Assembly (NCBI GenBank): GCA_043228905.1
Contig: JBHGNT010000004.1
Coordinates: 2,604,001 to 2,668,000, forward strand
Length of the DNA: 64,000 nt
Direction: 5' to 3'
Source of the DNA: Azolla caroliniana
Lineage: Eukaryota > Plantae > Polypodiophyta
Both the position numbers and the translations under genes were made by a program. Positions 35,101-47,528 of the stretch are shown in pieces. Position 1 is the first letter of the stretch, and the number at the start of each line of letters is the position of its first letter. The notes under the pieces were generated by a model that saw only the letters and a program-made list of their open reading frames with translations, was not told the DNA's origin and ran no database searches.

Positions 35101-37638
35101 ACACATGGTGCACACCATGTGTATGCTTTCTCGTTGAAGTTTCTCCATCATAAGATCCTTCCTCATATTAACACCTTCAAGTCTATAATACAAAGATGGC
35201 ACATAGTTTTCAACTCTAGATTATTGGAGAGCACAAATCCTTCTACAAATTGAAGGAAATTGTGTAGATTTAATATTTCATGGACCCGTCAAAATTCACC
35301 CTCATTTGTGATATTTATGTAGACTTGCGTGCATATGCATACATTGTTGTAAGCTTTTATTATAATTTTTTTGGATCAAGTTGTTTGCTATTGGTACATA
35401 AAGATCTCTAAATGTAGTGATTTGACATTCCTTGATTAATTCATCATTTCATAAAACACAATTCATTGATTGATCGTTTCATGAGTGGTATGTTCAAACT
35501 TTTTATGTTCTATCGATGTTATGTTACAATGTTCCATCAAGCTGGAAATTGTTTACCATGTATACAAAATGTGACTAAAAGCATGCCTAGATCATTTGGG
35601 GATTTGGATAGAGATTATGCATAATCTTAGAGGTTCTTTGGATAACATAAAAGGTAATACACAACAAGCGGAGCTCAAACGATTGGAGTTTCATGCCATA
35701 TGGTACAAAGGCATATTATAGACGGATTTCTGATAAGGTGGAGTGGTTCCACTATATACGAAAGTATTTATTTAAGTTGACAATTAGAATTTAGAAAAGG
35801 GGCTCATTACTGAAAGGTACATCTTTTATGTATAGCAATAGGGCGTGTCTTAATGCTAATGAGGTATCTTCTTTTTTTTAGAAAAAAAAACGTCTATCCA
35901 TTACATTCCATGGCAACCATGGAATGCAGGTGCAATCTTGCGAGACCAATCAAAGAGGTAAAAATGATTTTCTATTAATGTTCAATTTCTTATGCGACAT
36001 ATACATCATTTCAATTAAAAAAAAATGCAATTATCAGTGTCAAATATGTCACGAAGCTTAATAAACCAATTGCCTTCTTAATCTAGATTAGCATAGTCTT
36101 GCTTCCTTTCATTTCCAATGGTTAACATTTTTATGTTGTAGATATAAAAATTGCTATAAGCACTATTGATGAAAAACTTTGGCTACCATGTATTTATAGA
36201 CTTTGGCATGATTGTTTTGGAAGTCTTTTGGTTTCCTTTCCATCTAATTTTTATGTGGTAGCTAATTTGGCTTTTCCTCACTAACGGAAAAATATTCTTT
36301 TAGGGAAAAAAAACTTTGCCTACCATGTATTGATAGATCTTTTTCTCACATTTTTCATGGATTTATGAATAACACACATATTTATGCTTTCCAAGGGGTT
36401 TGGAAAATCCTTCAAAGCTTCATGGGTTTTTAATCTTAGTTGAGAATTTGTGGTACAAATTTAAGATTTTAAGTTGGTAGTTTACATCAAAGTGTAAAAG
36501 GTAAAGACCTTATGACTGTGGTTATAGAAATCAAAGTTACGCAAGCTAATAACTTATAAGTTATCATAAGTATTAAGTAGTAAAACCCTTGAGGGGTTAA
36601 TGAGCATATATATATGAAGAAATTCTCAACCATTAGGAACTATGTTCAAATTTGTGCTTCCATGCCCCCAATGACATGTTTACGAACATTCTGGATAAAA
36701 ACTCCTGAATATTTAAGTTTGAAGTCTAAATGTGTGTGTGTGTGTGACGAGAACATGCCACATCCTCTATATCTCTATTAGAAATAATTGGTGCACTCAA
36801 CGTATTAAAAAAGTTAAAAAGCTACATATAATTTAACGAGAAATGATTTACATATTACATATGAGTTATGACACATGGAGTTCTAGAAATGATTGGCATT
36901 GAAGTTTGATATTTCGGCAGTAAGGCTGGTATTTTGTTATGTTTTGCTATTTACTCTTCACTTGCCACACAACAATGAACACATAGTTTTGAATCATGTA
37001 TGAATGGTATGGAGGAGTACAATGTTAATATCTAAGTTTCTCGTCACTTTTCAAGTGCTAGAAAATATGGACTATGTATGGTTGCAGATAACTACTACAT
37101 GAGAGTAGCATTTGCAGGCCATTCGTATTGCATTTACTGGTGAATTCTACATATTGTAATTTTAAGTACGTGAGTGGGTTGCTCCACTTGAGATCATTTG
37201 TACACCTCATGTATGGCTCATTTGGAATCCCTTATTTTGGTGCACACATCTAACTATAAGAGAAAAAAACTCTCCCTTTGGCTCATCTCACAACGTGGAG
37301 GCGTCATAGCTTGAGAAATATGGATAGACTATGATGGATTTTTGTTTGATTTTTTAGACGTTTGTGCACTTTTTCAAGTAGTTTTTATCTTTTCACATAT
37401 AGGTTCAAAGATCAAATTTGGATGATGAGAATGAACTACTACTTGTAGATCACAATCCTCATCATTTTCCAGAGACATTTGTGATACACATGTTCAAGAT
37501 CAAAAGTTGTAGCCAAATTGATGAAGTTATTTTGCAAGTAAGAAGCATGGATTACCTATGATTTACTTTATGCATTAAAAGGTTACAACAAAATGTTCCC
37601 TTTTTAGGTATTTGAAAGCTATAAAAGAGGGGCATGAG

Positions 37639-38227
37639 TAGCAATGGGCCCGGTTTCGGCTCAAACCGAACCGAACCGTTAAGCCATGGTTTAATGGTTT
37701 ATAAGTTCCAAAATAATTAAATGGTTTGGTTTGGTTTTAATTATTAATAAACGGTTCGGTTTGGTTCTAAAACTGGGGTTTATCGGTTTATCGGTTGAAC
37801 AGGTTTGGTTTAAACATTTATAGGTTTTTGGGCTTATGTAATTTAATGGTTCAATTAATGTTTTTTATTGATTTAATTCACTTAGCCTAAATGTTTATTT
37901 TATCTAATGGTTTAATTATTATTTATTTATTTATTTAAACATACATGCTTATTTAATTTAGTGTATTTTTATTTATTTAATTTTTTAATTAGTTTGGCTT
38001 AAATGTAGTTAGGTTTAAACCTTTTATTAAATGGCTCGGTTTGGTTTCAACTTTTCCCTAAACGGTTTTGGTTTAAATAGATCGGTTTACCTTTTCTTAA
38101 ATGGTTTGGTTTAATGGCTTGAAAGTTCATAAACGGTTTGGTTTGGTTTTTGTTTTATATAAATGGTTTGGTTCAGTTTAGTTTGGTTTCAAGGAAAAGA
38201 AACCGAACCGAACCGGACCCTTTGCTA
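37639..38227. mobile_element. Non-autonomous hAT-type DNA transposon (MITE), 589 bp
   Basis: 8-bp TSD GGCATGAG (37631-37638, 38228-38235); imperfect TIRs TAGCAATGGGCCCGG / CCGGACCCTTTGCTA; subterminal AACCG/AAACGG/GGTTT repeats; AT-rich core with no coding capacity. Confidence 0.9.
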
Positions 38228-39426
38228 GGCATGAGCCATGTTATGGGCAGGGAGGGCACTAGGTAGAAGAACGAGAATTTGAAAAATTTTCTTAGAGAAT
38301 TTGAAGCAAGTAGAAGTAAGGAGTCACAAATACATATTTCACATTGATACCCACAAACACTCAATGAATCAATAAAACCAAAGGGAGACATTTTTCAAGA
38401 GGATTCTACCCATGATATAAATTTTGTTTCTTGGTTGTCTTTTTTATCAACATTGTACGTAACTCTTGTATATGTATTTCAAGCCCTCTCTAAACTATGG
38501 TACATCTATTTCACTTTCATATCCGTACGTATAGGTAACTTTTTTAATAAGAGAAATTGATAAACCACTGTTTGAGAAGGCATCTTGTAGGACATATTGT
38601 CATACTATTTCACACAAGCATGGTACATCATAAAGATATTTTGGTGTGCATTGAAAAGCTCTAATCTTATATCAATCACGAGAGCTCGTGGATGTGCACG
38701 AGAGGTACTTGACGATACAATTAATTTGTGAAGAAGATAAATTTCATTGCAATATCTTCTCTACATTCGGTTCTCGACCTCTACCAAGTCCACAACCTTG
38801 AACTCAACCTCTCTTTCTCAATCTCAATCTCGCTCCCTCATCTCTCGTCTCTACAATTTTATTGTGCACATTATGAGTACAATGCATTAACGTGGTTTGT
38901 CTAGAGAGACCGGATATTTGGGGAACTTTTGTGAACATTGGTGGGTACTTCAGCAAGTTTTCAAACACAATATTTTAGAAATTTAACAAAAAATGGGTGG
39001 TATCTTGGTAAACATTTCCGACAGAAGAATGTAAATTTATCGTATGTGTGATCAAGAGATTAAGACCATGATAATTGCTTTTTATAACATGATAAATAGA
39101 GCACACATTGGATTGTAATGGAACCAAGATTTGCTCTTCTACATGTGCATCCAAGGTGTAAGCGTGGTACATGTATAACATGATTTGAGAGTTCCTCACC
39201 AAGTATAGTTATAACTTATCATTATATAACATCTTTACATGTTTTGAGGAATTGCTAAACATGCAAGATTTTTTCTTCATATACCCTGAAACATGGTTAT
39301 ATGGCCTCATTTCTGACAAAAAATCCATGCTTATATTTTTAGCATAGCTTCGTGGGGAGATATTCCCTACATAAGATACACATTAAAAGTAGATTGGAAA
39401 CTTTACTTCAACAAATTCCAAAGAAT

Positions 39427-39505
39427 TCCATGGTTTTTGGCCTTATCTTACTTCATTTCCTCCATCCATGGTTTTTGGCCTTATCTTACTTCATTTCCTC
39501 CATCC
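39427..39505. repeat. 38-bp tandem duplication
   Basis: TCCATGGTTTTTGGCCTTATCTTACTTCATTTCCTCCA occurs twice in tandem. Confidence 0.9.
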
Positions 39506-40042
39506 TCTAACATCTTTGGCCAATCAATGGTGTAAAAATAAGACATGGATTTCATGATCCTTGCAAGTGATGCAACACAACTTCTGATTGCATCAACAAT
39601 ATAAGGTTCTTGGGTTTGAAAAATGAAGAATATACATTAAGTTTCATATGATTATTGAAAGAATTGATGGTACACATCCACAATGTGATGCGTTTGTATT
39701 TGAAATGTGAAGTATACAATAAGTTTAGTAGAATTATACACATCCACGATGTCATCTTGGATTTGGAATGGAATATACACAGTTTAGAATTACACTTACA
39801 CACATAACATTTGCCCAAACAGCAATTCAAATTTCAGCTCCATATTCTTTTGTATTGGATGATATTGAATGAGCTAATACAAATTTAAGAATCCTATTCA
39901 GAAACATATAAGGAGCATCAGTTTAAATCAAGGCTGCAATACATACAATGATAAACAAACAAGATTTCTCTTAGTATCCAATGCAACCCTTGATTAGACC
40001 ATTTCTTTTTATTTATTTATGACAAATGCTTACATTTCTTAT

Positions 40043-43000
40043 TTATATACTCTTGGTCGCTCCAAGGGGATCATAATCGTAGGCTTCTCCTGCCTTCACG
40101 AATCTCCCTTTGACTCGTTTCCTTACATCGGCGCGACTCTTGCGGGATGCATATCGGATTGTTTTTTCATATCTGCCAAACAAACAATGCCATAAAGACT
40201 TCACATAATATAAAATCATAACTAAGTTTTTTTTTCTTGAAGGCTCAATTGTTCATTACCTTCTATTTTTCTTCTTCTCCATGTATCTAAGCATCGCATT
40301 ATCCCTGGTTTGTGTTGTGACTCCAATATCCACACTTGCAGGGATTCTTGAAGCTTCATTCATCAACATCATTGATGTAGAAGAAGCACCACAGTCAATA
40401 TAATCTGTGCTATGGCTATCTCCACTCATCCCAGATAAAGATAACGAGATGGCAGTACGCGTTGGAAAAGAATTGCTTCTTGCATATGGTACAGTGTACA
40501 TTTGAGAATCCAACATGGCATGAGCTTGTCTTTGATGGATAGCACCTGTCCATGATGGTTGTTGAGAGGAGGTACAACTTGGTTGTCCTCCTACCATATA
40601 AGCCTAGATACATGAAACTAGCAGGTTAGCAGAAATATTAGTGCATTTTTAAAGACTTAATCCAAATTTATCGAGAGTTCCCTAAGTGGTCACTATGGCG
40701 CCTTCTGGAGCTGTGATTTGTGTAAAAAAGATTATGGGAATTATACGTGGCATAAAAGAATTCAAATGTATGGAGAGTTCCCTAAGTGGTCACTATGGCG
40801 CTTTCTGGAGCTGTGATTTGTGTAAAAGGATTATGGGAATTATACGTGGCATATAAGAATTCAATACCCATTATTGACACGTGTTACATCCATACAAATA
40901 GCAAAGGAAGGTGATACCAATCTTTTTAATGACGACTAAAGGATCAGTTTCAAGCTTAACAGAATCCCAGATGCACTCCCACCATTTGGGCAATGTAGCC
41001 CTGACAACCCTATTTGGTTGACTCAATCAAAGAGAGAATTTGTCCAAGTTATTAAACATAGGGGTCATTCTAAGTTTGCATCCAAGTACAGAAATGGCCC
41101 ATTTATGACCCTTCTACATGCATCCCATCAGCTAAAAATATATGGAGACACATTGACACATGATCTCCACAATCAAATCAAGGCTTTATAATATCAGCTG
41201 CTAATGTTGGGACAAGACGCTAGTAGCTACATGCATATAGTGTCACAGGACATGCATACTCCAACTAAATAATTATCAGTAAAAGGGCATTGTATGTGTG
41301 TGTGTGTGTGTTTTTACCAGGCTATTCTGAGACCAGAAATAGATACCATTTCTTTTGGATTTGAACCTCCTCCTGGAGTGCAGTGCTTTGAACAAAGAGA
41401 TCCAAGTAAACGGAAGGTACTTTGCCACTTTATGAAGAACCACCTAGAAGGAACCTTGAGAATCTTCAGCATGAACACTTCCAGTCACATCGAACCAGCC
41501 ATATCATCCAACACCTAACCATGGTTCAGAGATGTGGCTATCGCACATCGTCCCAAGTGCTCATAACATAATCATATGGGGCCTATTATCAATGTCTAAA
41601 CTTGGATTATGACCTTTCACACAACCTAGATCCACATAACGGAACAAGATTCACAATTGGGGACAATACTGGGGATTCATTTGTACAGACTCATACAATT
41701 GCATGAGAAGATTCTTAACCCACAAAATAAGAGCACAAATCAATTGCCTGGCCAACTAGAGACTCTAATCACAGTTCCGTTTTGACGATTTCCTATTATT
41801 ATCTCTCCAATCACCACCGAGTGGTTGAGGCGTGTGCGTAGTATGTAGAAGGAGTTTTTCGAGTTTGTATTTCCCTTAAGAAATTCAGTAAACATCATAT
41901 TAAGACATTTTAGTATCTTATTGTAATCTCAAATGCATTTTCAACAGTATTTTGTATCTAGATAAGGGGAATACCACTTGTGTGTCTGGAAGCTGATTTC
42001 CCTCAGGTATACTCTCCATATGGGCACTAGATTCAGAAAAAGATGCATTCCGGTCCATAGACGAGCAGGCAGATACCAAATCTTCAAACGATTTCTCAGC
42101 AAACAGATCATCCTCACACATCGTAAAACCTTGGCAGAAATCATCATTATCGTCATCATTGATGTTTTCTAAGCCTTTGATCCATAGCTACAATAGTAGA
42201 ACAAACCAAAGTATCAGCCATATGTCTTGGTTAGAAAGTACATAGCCGGTGAGAGAGAGTACATTGAGAAACTTATTATACCTGATCATTGCCGTTTCTA
42301 GACTCAGACTTCTCTGACATTAAAATTTGATCAACAAAGGACTCCTTTGGCACCTGAAAATCTAAAATCGAGTTATATATATCTCTTAGCTTTCCCTGTG
42401 CTTGCTGTTGTAGATCTTCACAAATAAAATGGTTTGATGCTGACACTCCCAAATAGCTCGAAGATGAAGGACCGGAGGACTCTTCATAATTTTGAGATGG
42501 TACGTCTTCTGGCAGTAACTTTTGTAGCTCTAGTAACTGTTGAATAACTACTTGTTTTTGCCTTCCACCTTGCTCAACATTTTGAAGTTCATACTCCAAG
42601 TCCTCTGTTAATGCTGTGAGATTATCATCCTGCACCAGACGTTTCTTTAGTGTGGTTAATTTCAAGAACTATGAACACAAAACTCTGCCTAAAAGGAGGA
42701 TTTATATACATCTCCTTTGGTTGCAGAATGTCTCATAACAGAGACAAACGAAGCTCACCTATAGCAAGGGATACTTGCATATTTGAAACTATTTCCCAGC
42801 AAATCTCAGATTAAGATTTTAAATAAAGTTCAGATATATGAAAATAAGTCGATATTGCCTTAAAAGGTGATGCCTCTTTTGTAATACGGTCATGTTAGCA
42901 TTCTAGGGCAGAATCTAGTGGGATTCTGATACTTCAGCAAACCTAGAAATTTATATGATTTTGTAACCTTGGAAATTATTAGGAATTGGGCTCATCATCA

Positions 43001-43922
43001 TAAAGCTTCGAGATCAACAGGATTTTGACACATCAGAAAACCCGAATTAATTCTGCAAAATGCTGATGAGGATTTTTATCATTGGCTCCCAGAACCCATA
43101 AAGCAAGGCCCTACCAAGAAGTTCACCACTTTCTGGTAGGGAATGCCCTCCCTCCCCTAGCTATTACCTATTCCTTGAGATCGATAAGGAAACTGTATTG
43201 CTAGTAAAAATGAGTGTAACAATTGATATTGATATGGTCTCATCTGAATTTTTATTCAATGTGATTTTGACATGCTAAAACTCATTTTTTCATATCTACA
43301 GGATTTCTTGACCATTGATTACCTGGCCAGAATATGCAGGTATGTCGATGAGCATGGGAACGTCCGGTATATTCATCCTTTGAATAGAGGATTCAGCTAA
43401 ACTTGTGGAATTTTCTCCCTCCAATATCCTCTTATTTTTAGTTGAATGGTCATTCTCTCTCTCGAAACTTCTAGCATCTTTTTGTTTCTTGCTTGAGCTA
43501 ATGAGATGACCAATATTCTTATGATCACCTAGATTGCTGGAATGAATATCCATGGAAGTAATTCCAGGTGTAATTGACTTAGAAGGCTCACCAAGGTCAC
43601 ATCCCCACAATTGTGAAAGCTCCGCTGCAGAAGGACAACCGGTATAGTGTTCAAGTCTAAGACGATTATTATGAGATGCAACAGGAGAGCTTTCATGTTT
43701 GTCTGCATCACAAGATTGACAAAGCGAGAGTTTCTCTTTGAGACACCTTACAACTGCAGGACGAAGATTACATCCATCGCAAAGGAGAGCTCTAGAATGT
43801 CTCTTTGATACAGCATTTGCAGCATGGACATGCCGATCACATGATAAGCAAAGACGAGCAGTATCTGCTTCGCAATACACAGTGGATGGAGCCTCTCCAC
43901 AGTAATCACACATGACCTCCAT
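40043..43922 (-). CDS. COL: CONSTANS-like B-box + CCT transcription factor (COL9/COL10-type group)
   Basis: Exons 43323-43922, 42282-42629, 41975-42187, 40260-40603 and 40043-40172. Two B-boxes ([29 protein letters not shown]; LCDGC…CQSCD). CCT domain [40 protein letters not shown] and C-terminal GEAYDYDPL. Middle exon borders are less certain. Confidence 0.92.
40673..40864. repeat. 100-bp tandem duplication in a COL intron
   Basis: GAGAGTTCCCTAAGTGGTCACTATGGCG…GAATTCAA at 40673 and 40773. Confidence 0.92.
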
Positions 43923-45488
43923 TTTAATGAGCGAGAGAGAGAGATTGTCGCTGTGATCAAATCTGACCTGTGTCAAATAGCCTCAATTTCCTTCAGCGTG
44001 TATGCTTAAACTTGACATCCGGAATCATCTGTCAATGTACAAGTTTATTTCTTCTTATACGGCGCACAAAATCCATTGATTATCCATCAAAATAGATATT
44101 GATCCTGTGGGAAAATCGGATCTGTGCCAAGTAGGATATGAACGATTTCCAGTATGTGTGCTTGAGCTAGAACGTGCGGATCATAAGTCCATATACACGC
44201 TTATAATTTCTTCCTACCACAATTTCTCACTTCAAAAGACGGGAATTTATTATGATCCAGTGAGAGATTGTTCCTGTGATTAAAGCTAATCTTTTGTCCA
44301 ATCACATTAATTTCCTTCAACCTCTATGCTTGAGCGAGACCAGATTCATAGGTCCATATACAACCTTTCTTCTGACAATGGCTTCTCACATCTAAATCCA
44401 CTGAATCTGTTCTGATGAAGACTGATATTGTTCCTGTCAAGTAGAATATGAATAATTTCCTTCAACATGTACATGCTTGAAGAACTAAATCAAATATCGA
44501 TATAAGACAAAATTGAAAGATGGACTGTTTAAGCTGAATCCATGTCCTTATAGCCACCGATTTTCTATACAAGTGAGATCTGCAAAGGAAATTATGTATT
44601 CGTGGCAAGCTCAGGGAAGGCCATCTCATTCATGATGACAGTACTACGTAAAGCAAGCACTTCTACTTTATGTTTGCTTTCTGCAACATAGAGAGGGAGG
44701 TATTTTTGTACAGGAAATGGTGCTTAAAATACCTGTTGTGTCAGCAATGGCGAGCTCCAAGATGGTATTAAATGCTTCCAGACATTTCTAGCTTGAAAAA
44801 GAATCTTTTCAATCAGAAATGGCGAGCTTCAAGAAGTGTTTCTGTTAAAATTCCAAGCTTAAAGAAGCTTTTCTGTAATCAATGGGGGGCTTGAAATATA
44901 AGTTTGGACAGAAATTGCCAGTTTGATGAAAATCTTTCAGAAAATGGTTATAATCCTAATCAAGCTTTTGTTTCAGAACACGGGACAACTTAAGGAATCT
45001 GGTGTCCCAGGCAAAGCGGGCTAAATTGGAGATGTGGTTCCGCTGACAAATGGCGAGATGATTACAGACGAAGCTTCTCTGTGCACAGATGGAGGCCTTG
45101 AAGAGCAAGAAGAAGCTTTGCGTTCTGTGAGCGAACGGGAGAGGTTATGGGGGGGGGGGGGGGGGGGGGGGAAGCTTCCGTCTTCTGGCAGAAATGGAGG
45201 AGGAGAATCTGAAGGCGATGATGGTGATTCAGGTGAGGAGGAAGAAGCAGATGAAGATGCAGAAGAAGCAGAAGCAGAAGAAGAAGAAGAAGAAGCAGAT
45301 GCAGAAGAAGAAGAAGAAGAAGAAGAAGATGCAGAAGAAGAAGAGGACGCAGAAATTGATAATTTCTGGAAGGGATTATCATTAAAATTATCCATTTGTT
45401 TTTTTTTTTGTCTGCGTTTTGCGTTGGGGATGAGCTTTTTCATTTTCTCGGCTGCACTTTTTGCCGCCAAAGCCGCGAGCGCTTTTCT

Positions 45489-45549
45489 GACGTGGCATAA
45501 CTTTTTCGGAATAAAGCGCATAAACTTTTCCGACGTGGCATAACTTTTC
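45489..45549. promoter_or_regulatory. Tandem GACGTGGC (ABRE/G-box-like) elements upstream of COL
   Basis: GACGTGGCATAACTTTT at 45489 and 45532, just beyond the CTT-rich putative 5' UTR (45230-45350). Confidence 0.6.
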
Positions 45550-46804
45550 GCAGGAGAGGAGAAAGGGTAAGAATAGAGCTCCTCATCCTCTATTCTCAAT
45601 GTCATCCAAATATATATACATACATTATTACATACATATATGTACATATGTGTTTGTCGTTGCCATCTCGTCCTCTGCCCCATGAGTCCACACCTCAATT
45701 AAAGAAGAAAAACCGGGATGTCGTCCGTTTATCCGGTCATTTATCCGGTCTCCATGTTTTGATGGGTGTCCTTTTCTCTCTCTCTTGAGCCCCTTTTCGG
45801 TAACGAATGGTAGTAGTTTTACTCCGTGGCTCGTTGATTAAGCTACCTCCCCACATGAACCGTATAACCGAAAGCTATAGTTTACTTTATGATCGAAATA
45901 TAATATGCTACTCACTAAAACATGAACGTATAGCAACAAATGACCCCAAGTCACTCTCTCCTACATGCACCTCGTGAAAACCCCTCTTGATGTTATTGCC
46001 TACCTCTATACAAGGTTTATGGAGGTGAATTTCCTTCAAATTTAGTAGCCATTACATACGCTAAATGACAAAAGTGTCTACAATTTGGCCTTCATTCTCA
46101 ACTCTCTCTACTTTTTGACTTCCAAAGGTGAATGACCCTTGTCAACTTTCAACCTCAATAACATTTGACCTCAAATGTAAGACCAAATAATTGCACATGC
46201 CGATTGGGGTGTTGGTGTAGTGTAAAGCAAACCTTATGATTTGGACATAGTCCTCTAGCTCATGGAGCATCTACATCTCTCCACCCCATTCTCCCTCACC
46301 TATGTTAAATCTATGATTCAAAGCTCTCGACGATGTATCTCAATGAGAGTGGACATCTCACTCTATGTAGGATATTATTCCTATTAATTTCATGCACAAG
46401 AATATCACTCATTAAGGCAAGCGCTTGCAAGCACCAAGTGTTATAACCATTGACTACATTGGAGTATGGGGAGAAGATCTTAGTAAATTAATCATTGTCC
46501 CCATCATCAACGCAACCCCTCAAGATGAGCAATCAACACGTAGACAATGTAATTAACCTTATATATGGACCAATATATGTAACCCCAAGGGACCTGATTT
46601 TTTGGTTAGGTGTGGTTTGGGATGATCCACCAATTTTAATGAGTTTCCAATATTTCAATTTCAATACTACATGGGCTACCTTCTTCTGCAAATCTTCATA
46701 AAATCATATCTATACTTTCATGGTATTGCATCAACAAGAACATCAATATCGATCCTTACAAAATCCAAGGAAGCCAACAAAGAGAATCTTCAAAAAAAAA
46801 CAAT

Positions 46805-47088
46805 TTATGCTGAGTTTGGAGATATGGTAAATAAATAACAAAAGACCTGACCAAAACGAAAAGCAACAGACATTTCATGCTTGGAGAAATCAAGCTTACT
46901 TATTATTGATTCAACTTAAAATGTATTCCAGAAATAAAACTGATGATGTTATGCTGAGGTTGTAGATATGGTAAATAAATAACAAAAGACCTGACCAAAA
47001 CGAAAAGCAACAAACATTTCATGCTTAGAGAAATCAAGCTTACTTATAGATTCAACTTAAAATGTATTCCAGAAATAAAACTGATGAT
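46805..47088. repeat. About 144-bp tandem duplication downstream of MCTP
   Basis: TTATGCTGAG…AAAACTGATGATG repeated at 46805 and 46949. Confidence 0.92.
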
Positions 47089-47528
47089 GATGGACCTTCC
47101 ATTGCCTCTACTTTGGGAGGAACCCAAATTAGGATGTAGTACATCAAATATGGAAGGACATGAAAACTAAACTTAAAATATTAAGTTCCCCAAAAAGAAA
47201 GTATACACCATCGATAGATACATCTTCCATTGCCTCATCTCCAGGAAAAAGCCTAAAAGAGAACCTACCACGATGATGATGAAACAAAAGAGAAATAGAT
47301 GGAAATATGGAGGTAGGCAGGCATATACAAGGCAAAGGCAGTATAGTATAGTAGGCCTAGCTAGTTAGCATTATTAGTAGTGTGCAAGGTAAAAAAAAAG
47401 GCGTTGAAAACTTAGCATTCGAACAAGCATGATCATCAATCACTTTGCATTCGAATGACATGATCATCATCACTTTGCATGATGCATAGGAAAGACATGT
47501 TAGTTAAAAAGCTCGCATTCTCGGGAGA

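Noticed and set aside
34560-35300. Possible decayed transposase remnant
   Set aside because: The composition looks coding-like, but no motif could be identified with confidence.
45021-45698. Long ORFs on both strands (poly-Ser / poly-Glu)
   Set aside because: They are products of GAA/GCA and poly-G simple repeats in the probable COL 5' UTR, with no domain content.
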